From the NCBI GenBank assembly GCA_947625965.1, contig CANQQO010000001.1, positions 60,596 through 124,595 on the forward strand: a stretch of DNA of 64,000 nt, given 5' to 3'. Positions within the stretch are counted from its first letter, which is position 1, and the number at the start of each line of letters is the position of its first letter. The notes beneath the pieces are model-generated. The model was not told where the DNA came from and searched no databases. It was given only the letters and a program-made list of their open reading frames with translations. A program made the translations under genes and the position numbers. Shown here piece by piece: positions 44,050 to 51,814 of this stretch. The stretch is from an uncultured Oscillospiraceae bacterium (GTDB lineage Bacteria; Bacillota; Clostridia; Oscillospirales; Oscillospiraceae).

Positions 44050-44283
44050 CAGCTTGTCAAATAACCTTTCGGAGTTTGCCGTCCGCAGACGGCAAACCCA
44101 ATTCAATCATTTTTTGCCAGGGCGTGTACCTGGCAAAAAATACCTTACAGGCTGAGAGTGTGCGAGCCGGGGGCCTTGCCCCCGGCGAGTGCGCGGTTCA
44201 GCCTGCAATCCCCTCCAAATGGAAGCCCAGCGAAGCGGGTTCCATTTGGGAGGCTTTCAAAAACCTTCGTTTTTGACAGCCTC
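44050..44283 (+). repeat. multi-hairpin intergenic repeat, copy D (forward orientation, complete)
   Basis: Differs from copy A at only a handful of positions over the shared core. Includes the terminal hairpin. Flanked by related hairpins at 44024-44047 and 44286-44308. Confidence 0.85.
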
Positions 44284-44311
44284 AAGATCCCCCGCCGGAG
44301 GGGGGATCGGA

Positions 44312-45328
44312 TCAGCGTTTGAGCTCCGGCACCATTTTCTGGTAGTAGGGGAGCAGACCGATCTTGTCCGGGGTGTGCTCGGGAAGCTGCCAGAAATCGT
44401 AGCCGGGATAGTCGTTGCCCTCGATGATGGCGGGACCGGTGGGAGTGATGCAGACATCCCAGCCGATGTAGCGGAATTCGGGGATCTCCATGGCAGCCTT
44501 GCGGCACAGCTCAATGGCCTCCTTCACGAAGGGCACCTGATAGCCCAGCAGGGGCACCCCGGTGTAGGGATGGGTGTCGTAGTTGATGAGCTTGGAGGTG
44601 TGGGCCACGCCCACGATCTTCCCGGTCTCCGGGTCCAGGGGACAGCAGAGGCCGTCGTTTTCCATATTGTCCACGAATTTGCCGCAATTGCCCATCTTCA
44701 CCACCTGATAGACACAGTGGGCCTCCCCCTGGGCCACCAGGGTCACGATCCTGAGGGAGTTGATGGACAGGGGATAGAGCCTGGACAGGGCCTCATGCTG
44801 CTTCAGCTCCTCCTCCACCGTGCCGAAGCCCTTTTCCTTCACGTAGGCGTACATGGCGTGCAGGTCGGGAAAATCGGCGGTTTTCAGTTTTTCAATGCCC
44901 TTGCCGCTCTCGCCCACTTGGGGCTTGGCGAAGAGAACGGGAAAACGCTGGGCAAAGGCTATAAATTCCGCCTCGGCGGCGGTGGTCATGTCCAGGTACT
45001 CCCGGCCCAGGTAGGAGGCGAACCGGGCGTAAAACTCGTTTTTCCGGTCAAAGATATGGGTGTACCTGGGATCGTTGCAGATGGTCACCAGCTTTTTGTT
45101 CCACAGACGGGTGACATAGGTCTTCCTCTGGGCGGCATTCATATCATAGAAGGCGAAGATCAGGTAGTCATAGTACCCGGCTCCGTAGCGAATGGCGCAG
45201 TTGAGGATGTCAAAGAACAGGAAGATCCTGCTTTTCCCGCTCTTTTCGTGGGCCCGGCGAATCACGTCAAAGAATTTGGACAGCCGGACGCCCTTGAGGA
45301 TGTGCAGATAATAGCGCAGCTTCTCCAT
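44312..45328 (-). CDS. sugar-transfer-associated ATP-grasp family protein
   Basis: N-terminal FFDILNCAIRYGAGYYDYLIFAFYDM and overall layout resemble the ATP-grasp_ST family. Assignment is by eye. Confidence 0.75.
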   Translation of the reverse strand: MEKLRYYLHILKGVRLSKFFDVIRRAHEKSGKSRIFLFFDILNCAIRYGAGYYDYLIFAFYDMNAAQRKTYVTRLWNKKLVTICNDPRYTHIFDRKNEFYARFASYLGREYLDMTTAAEAEFIAFAQRFPVLFAKPQVGESGKGIEKLKTADFPDLHAMYAYVKEKGFGTVEEELKQHEALSRLYPLSINSLRIVTLVAQGEAHCVYQVVKMGNCGKFVDNMENDGLCCPLDPETGKIVGVAHTSKLINYDTHPYTGVPLLGYQVPFVKEAIELCRKAAMEIPEFRYIGWDVCITPTGPAIIEGNDYPGYDFWQLPEHTPDKIGLLPYYQKMVPELKR

Positions 45329-45329
45329 C

Positions 45330-45620
45330 TTATTTTCCGGCCAGGGCCCGCTCCAGCCACACGCAGCCCACGTCCAGGGCGGTGTAGAGCCCGTCCTTCT
45401 CGCTCTTCTTCACGATCCGGTCCCGGCTCCGGGCGGCGGGGTCCGTGAGCTGAAGCTGAACGGAGACGCGGGTGGCGATGGGGGTGTCGTTGACGGTCTT
45501 CGATTCCAGGATCTGGAGCATCACGATATGGCTGTCCGCCATGGAGCCGTAGTAGACCAGATTGCCCTTGCGCATCAGCGGGCGGCCCTTATACATCAAA
45601 ACGCTGTTTTCCTCGGCCAT
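45330..45620 (-). CDS. hypothetical protein (96 aa)
   Basis: ORF that ends 1 nt before the ATP-grasp gene start. GGAGG-like RBS (CAGGAGG). No motif recognised. Confidence 0.55.
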   Translation of the reverse strand: MAEENSVLMYKGRPLMRKGNLVYYGSMADSHIVMLQILESKTVNDTPIATRVSVQLQLTDPAARSRDRIVKKSEKDGLYTALDVGCVWLERALAGK

Positions 45621-45677
45621 ATAAAACCTCCTGAGAGTTGAATTGGGAGGGGGCCCGTCGGAGCGGACCCCCAGAGC

Positions 45678-45932
45678 TTACGATTTTTCAAACAGATACC
45701 GCTGCACCAGCTCCTGGAGCAGCTCGTCCCGGTCCAGCTTGCAGATCATGCTGCGGGCGTTGTTGTAGTTGGTAATATAGGTGGGGTCCTCGGTCAGCAG
45801 ATACCCCACGATCTGGTTGATGGGGTTGTAACCCTTCTCGCTGAGGGCGTCGAAGACACTACGAAGGGTCCGGCGCATATTCTCCTTGTCGTCGCTGGGA
45901 ACGGTGAATTTAATGGTGCTGTTGTCGGTCAT
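45678..45932 (-). CDS. ireB: IreB-family regulatory phosphoprotein (UPF0297)
   Basis: [12 protein letters not shown]...[29 protein letters not shown] is the UPF0297/IreB signature. Confidence 0.9.
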   Translation of the reverse strand: MTDNSTIKFTVPSDDKENMRRTLRSVFDALSEKGYNPINQIVGYLLTEDPTYITNYNNARSMICKLDRDELLQELVQRYLFEKS

Positions 45933-46040
45933 GGGGTCTCCTCCTCTCGTTTCTCCCTTGTATTAGGCGGCTGGTCCGCAGACAATATTATAGCCGATAT
46001 TGTCCCCGGTGTAAAGGCTTCCCGGTAATTTTTTCGCGGT

Positions 46041-46081
46041 AAAATGAGGGGCGGGGGCGGTTTCCCGGCCGCCGCCCCCCC
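46041..46081 (-). terminator. GC-rich terminator hairpin after pheT
   Basis: Minus strand: GGGGGGCGGCGGCCGGGAAACCGCCCCCGCCCC followed by TCATTTT. Confidence 0.6.
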
Positions 46082-46087
46082 GTTTTA

Positions 46088-48472
46088 TCAGCGGAGGACC
46101 GCTCCCAGCTCCTTCCCCAGGGCGGCCAGGACGCTGGACATGACCTGCTCGGAGTCGGTGTCGGTGAGGGTCCGGTCGTCTGCCCGGAGCTCCAGGGTGA
46201 AGGCCATGCTCTTCTTGCCCATGGGGACGCCGGGGCCCCGGTAGATGTCGAACAGCCCGACGCTCCGCAGCAGCTTCCCGGCGGAGGCGGTGATGACGTC
46301 CTCCGCCTGGGCCACGGTCACGGCCTCGTCGCAGACCAGCGCCAGGTCCCGGCTGACGGTGGGATACTTGGGCAGCGGCGTATAGGTGGCCTCGGGGAGC
46401 TGAAGGGCCAGCAGGGCGGAGAAGTCGATCTCCGCGCAGTAGACCTCGGCGTCGATGCCGTAGTTCTTGGCGGCCAGGGGATGGAGCTGGCCCAGAACGC
46501 CCACATCCTGGCCGAGGATGCTGACCTTGGCGCAGCGGCCGGGGTGGTAGCTGGGATGGTCCGAAAGGGCCTCATAACGGGCCTTGGGCAGCCGGAGCCC
46601 GTTCAAAATGGTTTCCAGCTCGCCCTTGAGGGTGAAGAAGGTCTCCCCGGCGCCGTAGGTCCCCAGGACCAGATGCTTCGGCTCGTCGGGCAGGGGCTGG
46701 CCCTCCCTGGGCAGGTAGACCTTGGCCAGCTCATAGAGCTTGACGGACTTATTGTGATAGGCGTTGTTCCGGGACAGGATGTCCAGCATAGAGGGCAGGG
46801 CCACGGTCCGCATGATGGAGGTGTCCTCGCCCAGAGGATTCTGGATCTTCATGGCCCGGCGCAGGGGGGAATCCTGGGGCAGGCGGATCTGGTCGAAAAT
46901 GCCGGGGGAGACGAAGGAATAGGTGATGATCTCGCTGTAGCCCATGGCCCGGCACAGATTCCCGGCGGTGTTCTCAAAGAGCATCATGGGGCTGTAGCCC
47001 CCCTGGGTGGCGGTGGAGAAGGCGGTAACGGGGATCTCGTTGTAGCCGTAGGACCGGCCCACCTCCTCGGCAATGTCGGCGGTGAGGACCAGGTCCGGCC
47101 GCCAGGAGGGTACCTGGATCCTGCCGTCCACCACGGGGATCTCCAGCCGGTTCAGATAGAGCTCCATGTCCTCCCGGGGAATGTCGGTGCCCAGCAGGGC
47201 GTTGATCCGGTCCGGCTCCAGGGGGATGGTCCGGGGTTCGGGGATGTTGCCAAGAATGTCAATGACGCCGTCCAGCACGTCGCCGCAGTCCAGCAGCTCC
47301 ACCAGCTCGCAGGCCCGCTGAATGGCGGGTAGGGCCATCATGGGGTCCAGGTGCTTTTCAAACTTGCCGGAGGACTCGGTCCGCATCCCCAGGACCAGAG
47401 CGGTCTGCCGGATGGAGGTGCCGTCAAAGTTGGCGGACTCAAAGACCACGGTGGTGGTGTCGTCCAAGATCTCGGAGTTTTCGCCGCCCATGATGCCGGC
47501 CAGGCCGATGGGCTTGTCCTGGTCCGCAATGACCAGCATCCCGGGGCTGAGCTTCCGCAGATTGCCGTCCAGGGTGGTCAAAGTCTCCCCCTCCACGCTC
47601 TCCCGGACGATGATCTTGCCGGAGGAGACATAGCGGTAGTCGAAGGCGTGCATGGGCTGGCCGTACTCCAGCATCACGTAGTTCGTGATGTCCACAATGT
47701 TGTTGATGGGCCGGATGCCGTTGGCGCGGAGCCGCTGCCGCAGCCACTTGGGAGAGGGGCCGATCCTCACGTTGGCTACCATCCGGGCGGTGTAGCGGTT
47801 GCACAGGTTGGAGGCGGGGACCTCCACGTCCAGATGGTCGAAGATGCTGCCAGCGCCGCTGCCCTTCACCTGGGGCTCGTGATGGCGCATGGGCTTGTGG
47901 AAGGCCGCGGCGGCCTCCCGGGCCAGGCCGATAATGGAGTAGCAGTCCGGCCGGTTGTTGGTGATCTCAAATTCCACCACGGTGTCGTCTGCGCCAATGA
48001 CGGTGTTGATGTCCTGCCCCACCTGGCAGTCCTCCTGGAGGCTCCAGATGCCATCCTCAATGGCGTAGGGGAAGTCATTTATGGTCAGACCCAGCTCCTT
48101 TAGGGAGCAGAGCATCCCGTTGGAGACCTCCCCCCGGAGCTTGCCCTTGGTGATGTGGATGCCGCCGGGGAGGCGGGAGTTGTGGAGCGCCACGGGGACC
48201 AGGTCATTTTCCTTCACGTTTTGGGCGCCGGTGACGATCTGAATGGGTTCTCCCTTACCCACGTCCACCTGGCAGACCCACATATGGTCGGAGTTGGTGT
48301 GCCGGGCCAGGGAAAGGACCCTGCCCACCACCACGTTCTGGATCTCGGCGTCCAATCGTTCGTAGGTCTCCACCTTCTGGCCGAAGATGGTCATGGTCTC
48401 GCAGAAATCCTTGTCGGAAACCTGGGACAGGTCCACAAATTCCTCGTTGATCCATTTTCTGTTGAGCTTCAT
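46088..48472 (-). CDS. pheT: phenylalanine--tRNA ligase beta subunit
   Basis: 794 aa with tRNA-binding, B3/4, B5 and FDX-ACB regions (e.g. GIMGGENSE). Confidence 0.95.
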   Translation of the reverse strand: MKLNRKWINEEFVDLSQVSDKDFCETMTIFGQKVETYERLDAEIQNVVVGRVLSLARHTNSDHMWVCQVDVGKGEPIQIVTGAQNVKENDLVPVALHNSRLPGGIHITKGKLRGEVSNGMLCSLKELGLTINDFPYAIEDGIWSLQEDCQVGQDINTVIGADDTVVEFEITNNRPDCYSIIGLAREAAAAFHKPMRHHEPQVKGSGAGSIFDHLDVEVPASNLCNRYTARMVANVRIGPSPKWLRQRLRANGIRPINNIVDITNYVMLEYGQPMHAFDYRYVSSGKIIVRESVEGETLTTLDGNLRKLSPGMLVIADQDKPIGLAGIMGGENSEILDDTTTVVFESANFDGTSIRQTALVLGMRTESSGKFEKHLDPMMALPAIQRACELVELLDCGDVLDGVIDILGNIPEPRTIPLEPDRINALLGTDIPREDMELYLNRLEIPVVDGRIQVPSWRPDLVLTADIAEEVGRSYGYNEIPVTAFSTATQGGYSPMMLFENTAGNLCRAMGYSEIITYSFVSPGIFDQIRLPQDSPLRRAMKIQNPLGEDTSIMRTVALPSMLDILSRNNAYHNKSVKLYELAKVYLPREGQPLPDEPKHLVLGTYGAGETFFTLKGELETILNGLRLPKARYEALSDHPSYHPGRCAKVSILGQDVGVLGQLHPLAAKNYGIDAEVYCAEIDFSALLALQLPEATYTPLPKYPTVSRDLALVCDEAVTVAQAEDVITASAGKLLRSVGLFDIYRGPGVPMGKKSMAFTLELRADDRTLTDTDSEQVMSSVLAALGKELGAVLR

Positions 48473-48485
48473 GTTCCGTCCCTCC

Positions 48486-49529
48486 TTAGAACTGGTTCAA
48501 GAATCGGATGTCGTTGTCGAAGATCAGCCGCAGATCGTTGATTCGGGTGCTGCGCATGGCCATCCGTTCCAGGCCCATACCGAAGGCGAAGCCGGAATAC
48601 TTCTCCGGGTCGATGCCGCAGTTTTCCAGGACCTTGGGGTGGACCATGCCGGCGCCCAGCAGCTCGATCCAGCCCTCGCCGTGGCAGGTGGAGCAGACCT
48701 GGCCGTCCACCTCGCCGGTGCCTTTGCACTTGTGGCACTGCATATCCATCTCGCAGCTCGGCTCGGTGAAGGGGAAGTGGTGGGGCCGGAACCGCATGAC
48801 CGCCTCCGCACCGTAGAGCTGGCGCATCAGGGTGGTCAGGGCGCCCTTCAGATCGCCCATGGTGATGTGCTCATCCACCACCAGGCCCTCGATCTGATGG
48901 AACATGGGGGAATGGGTGGCGTCGGCCTCGTCCTTCCGGTATACCCGGCCGGGAGCGATGATGCAGATGGGGGGCTTGGCGTTCTCCATGACCCGGATCT
49001 GCACGGGGCTGGTCTGGGTCCTGAGGAGCAGGGAATCGTCATCGGTGAAGTAGAAGGTGTCAGACCGGTCCCGGGAAGGGTGTCCTTCCTCGATGTTCAG
49101 CCGGGTGAAGTTGTAGTCCGCCAGCTCTACCTCGGGGCCGTCCACCACCTGGTAGCCCATGCCTACGAAGACGTCCTTGATTTTTTGCAGGACCTGGTTC
49201 ATAGGATGCTGATGGCCAATGGGGAAGCTGTCGCCGGGGATGGTCACGTCCACGGCCTCCTTCCGGAGCCTGGCTTCCAGAGCCTCGGCGTGGAGCTCCG
49301 TCTTCCGCTGTTCCAGCTTCGCCTCGATCTCCGCCCGGACGGAGTTGGCAAGCTGGCCCATGACGGGCCGCTCCTGGGCGGTGAGCTTGCCCATCTGCTT
49401 CAGCACGGCGGTGAGCTCGCCCTTCTTGCCCAGCAGCTTGACCCGGAGCTCCTCCAAAACGGCGGGGGAGGCCGCCGTTTCCAGGGCCTCCATGGCCTGG
49501 CGCTTGATCTGTTCCAACTGTTCTTTCAT
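48486..49529 (-). CDS. pheS: phenylalanine--tRNA ligase alpha subunit
   Basis: Starts MKEQLEQIKRQ after AGGAGG. Class II motifs (FRPHHFPFTEPS, GMGLERMAM). Confidence 0.95.
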   Translation of the reverse strand: MKEQLEQIKRQAMEALETAASPAVLEELRVKLLGKKGELTAVLKQMGKLTAQERPVMGQLANSVRAEIEAKLEQRKTELHAEALEARLRKEAVDVTIPGDSFPIGHQHPMNQVLQKIKDVFVGMGYQVVDGPEVELADYNFTRLNIEEGHPSRDRSDTFYFTDDDSLLLRTQTSPVQIRVMENAKPPICIIAPGRVYRKDEADATHSPMFHQIEGLVVDEHITMGDLKGALTTLMRQLYGAEAVMRFRPHHFPFTEPSCEMDMQCHKCKGTGEVDGQVCSTCHGEGWIELLGAGMVHPKVLENCGIDPEKYSGFAFGMGLERMAMRSTRINDLRLIFDNDIRFLNQF

Positions 49530-49561
49530 TTTGCTACCTCCTGGGGTTTCCATTTGACAGG

Positions 49562-49822
49562 ATAAAAAATACACCTTCGCCCCCATCGGGACGAAGGATC
49601 TCCTCCGCGGTACCACCCGCATTCGCCTTACGGCGCGCTTTCCCGGCGCTGATACGCCATCCGATCGATAACGGGATCACCCGGCGGGCCCTACTTTCCG
49701 TTTCAGGCCGCGGCTCCTGGGAGAAGGCCCGGCGCTCCCCGGAAAACGGCTCCCACCACCCCGTTCTCGCTGGTTCCGCGTTCACAAGCGCCGGACAGCC
49801 CATTCCTTGCCTGTCCATATCG
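49562..49822 (-). promoter_or_regulatory. T-box riboswitch leader of pheST (terminator included)
   Basis: Minus strand: GGGTGGTACCGCGG T-box sequence (49618-49605). It overlaps an antiterminator/terminator. Terminator CCTTCGTCCCgatgGGGGCGAAGG plus TGTATTTTTT. UUC triplets occur in the stem I region. Confidence 0.85.
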
Positions 49823-49827
49823 GTCTG

Positions 49828-49856
49828 ATTTTACCATATCACAAAAGAAAATGCAA
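49828..49856 (-). promoter_or_regulatory. sigma-A type promoter of the pheST T-box leader
   Basis: Minus strand: TTGCAT (49856-49851), 17-nt spacer, TGgTAAAAT (hexamer 49833-49828). Confidence 0.65.
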
Positions 49857-49883
49857 GCAACAATTTGAAAAAATCCAAAGTCC

Positions 49884-49913
49884 TTGACATTTTTTCGACC
49901 CGTGTGCTATACT
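49884..49913 (+). promoter_or_regulatory. near-consensus sigma-A promoter with no obvious downstream gene
   Basis: TTGACA (49884-49889), 18-nt spacer, TGcTATACT (hexamer 49908-49913). It points at 160 bp of unassigned DNA and then the 3' end of a convergent ABC gene. Confidence 0.5.
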
Positions 49914-50074
49914 GCGTATCAAATCCCGCTATTTGCCGCTTGGTTGGTAGTCGCTATATGTAGACAGATGCAGTTTTGGCAGCATGGGGCAGTTAAAGAA
50001 AGGTGAGACGAGATTCGTCAAGGGGATTTTCCGCGAAAAATCATCCTCTCCGAATTGCCGTCAATGCAATATGC

Positions 50075-51814
50075 TCAATCTGAAAAAGCGGCTGCCTGGG
50101 TTTGCCACAGGGAAGCGTAAATTCCGTTTGCCGCCAAAAGCTCCTTGTGTGTGCCGCTTTCTGTGATTTTCCCATGTTGAAGTACAATGATACGGTCTGC
50201 GAGCTTCACGGCGCCCAAACGATGCGTCACAATAATGCCGGTTTTACCGTGAAGCTCCTTTTGAAAACTGCCATAAATCGCTTTCTCCCGCAGCGGATCA
50301 ATGGCGGAGGTTGGTTCATCGAGGACTATAAAATCACCGTCCTTATAGAAGCCTCTTGCACAGGAAAGCTGCTGCCACTGACCGCCGGAGAGCTCCCTTC
50401 CGCCGAATTCTTTTCCGAGAAGCGTGTTCTGACCGACCTCCCCGTTTGGAAAGATCTCAGCGATCCTCTGCTCGATCTCTTTGCCGTCCTGTTTGGAAAA
50501 ATTGCCAATGGCGATGTTGTCGCCCACCGTTATTTTATATCGGCAAAAGCTCTGGGGCACGGCGGACTGGCGGAGATGCAGGGCCGCTTCCTTCACTTTG
50601 GAAATATTCGCGCCGTCGTAGCATACGCTCCCGGAGGAAGGCCGATATAGTCCCAGAATTACGTTGACAAGTGTGGACTTCCCCGCTCCATTCTCCCCAA
50701 CAATCGCTATGGTTTCTCCCTTATGGATCGTCAGGTTGATGCCGTCAAGGGCTTTCCCGGTCTGATTTGGATAGGTAAAGGACACATCTGACAGTGTGAC
50801 AGACTTTTCAAAGGTACACTGATCGGATTCCCCGCCTCTCTCGGGTAAATTCCAATACCGGAAATAGGGCTGGATCATGCGACGGAATTGGATCTCATTG
50901 CCCACAGTACCGGTAAGCCCTTTTAGAATCGCGGTCAGGGAGGAATAGGCCGTAACACCGGCGGTAAAGGCCGGCAAGTCGATATGACCTAAAAAGAACA
51001 ATAAAATCGAGACGGCAAATCCCCCTATGCTTCCAGCGCATTCGAGCAGGCAGAGGGACAGCTTCAGAATCAGCATTTTCTTTGATTTGCTGTTTTCAAT
51101 CGCGTCTCGTTTCATTCGGCTGTTCTTCCATTTCTTGATCAGCAGCGCGTTTGCGCCGGTGAGGCGGCTCTCTTTGCAGGCGACTTCATCCATGACAGCT
51201 TTCTCATATTCCGTTTCCTCCCGCTGGCACTGAGTCACGGTTTCATAGCCACGTTTCCACAGCCGGGCGTCATACAGCATTTCCAGCAGCGTGGGGATCG
51301 CGGACAGGGGAAGGAACAGGAGGAATACGATATTGAACGACGAGATATACGCCGTTACCATTGCCGTCTGGAGCAAGGTCATGACGGCCTCCACATAAAT
51401 CTGACCGTAGCGGAACAGATTTTGACGCGAGCTATCCGCCTGACGGATAAAAGCGTAGGCGTTGGGCGTCTCCAGGTCCTCGTTGGAGATGCGCCGACTT
51501 TTGGCGTGGAGCATCCGGCGGACATTGCTTTCAAAATCCAGGATCGCGAAAAACTGCACATGGTATCTCATGTACCACACCGAGTATCCGGCGGAAAGGA
51601 GAAACGCCGCTGCGTATACTGCAAGGGAAGAAAAAAGCTCCGCCCCGTAACCGGCTTGGATATGCGAGAAAATACGCTGCGTTGCCCAGACGCTCATGAT
51701 CGAGGCTGCCCCATTGAGCAGTCCCATGTGTGCCATCAGCGCGAAGCTCCGGGGCGCTGCTTTGAAAATATACAGGAGCGCCTTTCGGGCGCTCATTTGA
51801 TTACTGCTCATCAT
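50075..51814 (-). CDS. ABC exporter, fused permease/ATP-binding subunit (lower-GC island)
   Basis: Start ATGATG at 51814 overlaps the upstream stop by 14 nt. GENGAGKST, LSGGQWQQ, IVLDEPT. Confidence 0.9.
   Translation of the reverse strand: MMSSNQMSARKALLYIFKAAPRSFALMAHMGLLNGAASIMSVWATQRIFSHIQAGYGAELFSSLAVYAAAFLLSAGYSVWYMRYHVQFFAILDFESNVRRMLHAKSRRISNEDLETPNAYAFIRQADSSRQNLFRYGQIYVEAVMTLLQTAMVTAYISSFNIVFLLFLPLSAIPTLLEMLYDARLWKRGYETVTQCQREETEYEKAVMDEVACKESRLTGANALLIKKWKNSRMKRDAIENSKSKKMLILKLSLCLLECAGSIGGFAVSILLFFLGHIDLPAFTAGVTAYSSLTAILKGLTGTVGNEIQFRRMIQPYFRYWNLPERGGESDQCTFEKSVTLSDVSFTYPNQTGKALDGINLTIHKGETIAIVGENGAGKSTLVNVILGLYRPSSGSVCYDGANISKVKEAALHLRQSAVPQSFCRYKITVGDNIAIGNFSKQDGKEIEQRIAEIFPNGEVGQNTLLGKEFGGRELSGGQWQQLSCARGFYKDGDFIVLDEPTSAIDPLREKAIYGSFQKELHGKTGIIVTHRLGAVKLADRIIVLQHGKITESGTHKELLAANGIYASLWQTQAAAFSD

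Noticed and set aside
44076-44276. About 66-aa ORF (MPSADGKPNSIIFCQGVYLAKNTLQA...) that recurs in the ORF track wherever the intergenic repeat occurs
   Set aside because: The start is a TTG inside the first hairpin and there is no RBS. The reading frame is kept only in copies D and E. It is broken by indels in the variable stem in A and B and by the deletion in F. Its conservation is explained by DNA or RNA-level conservation of the repeat.
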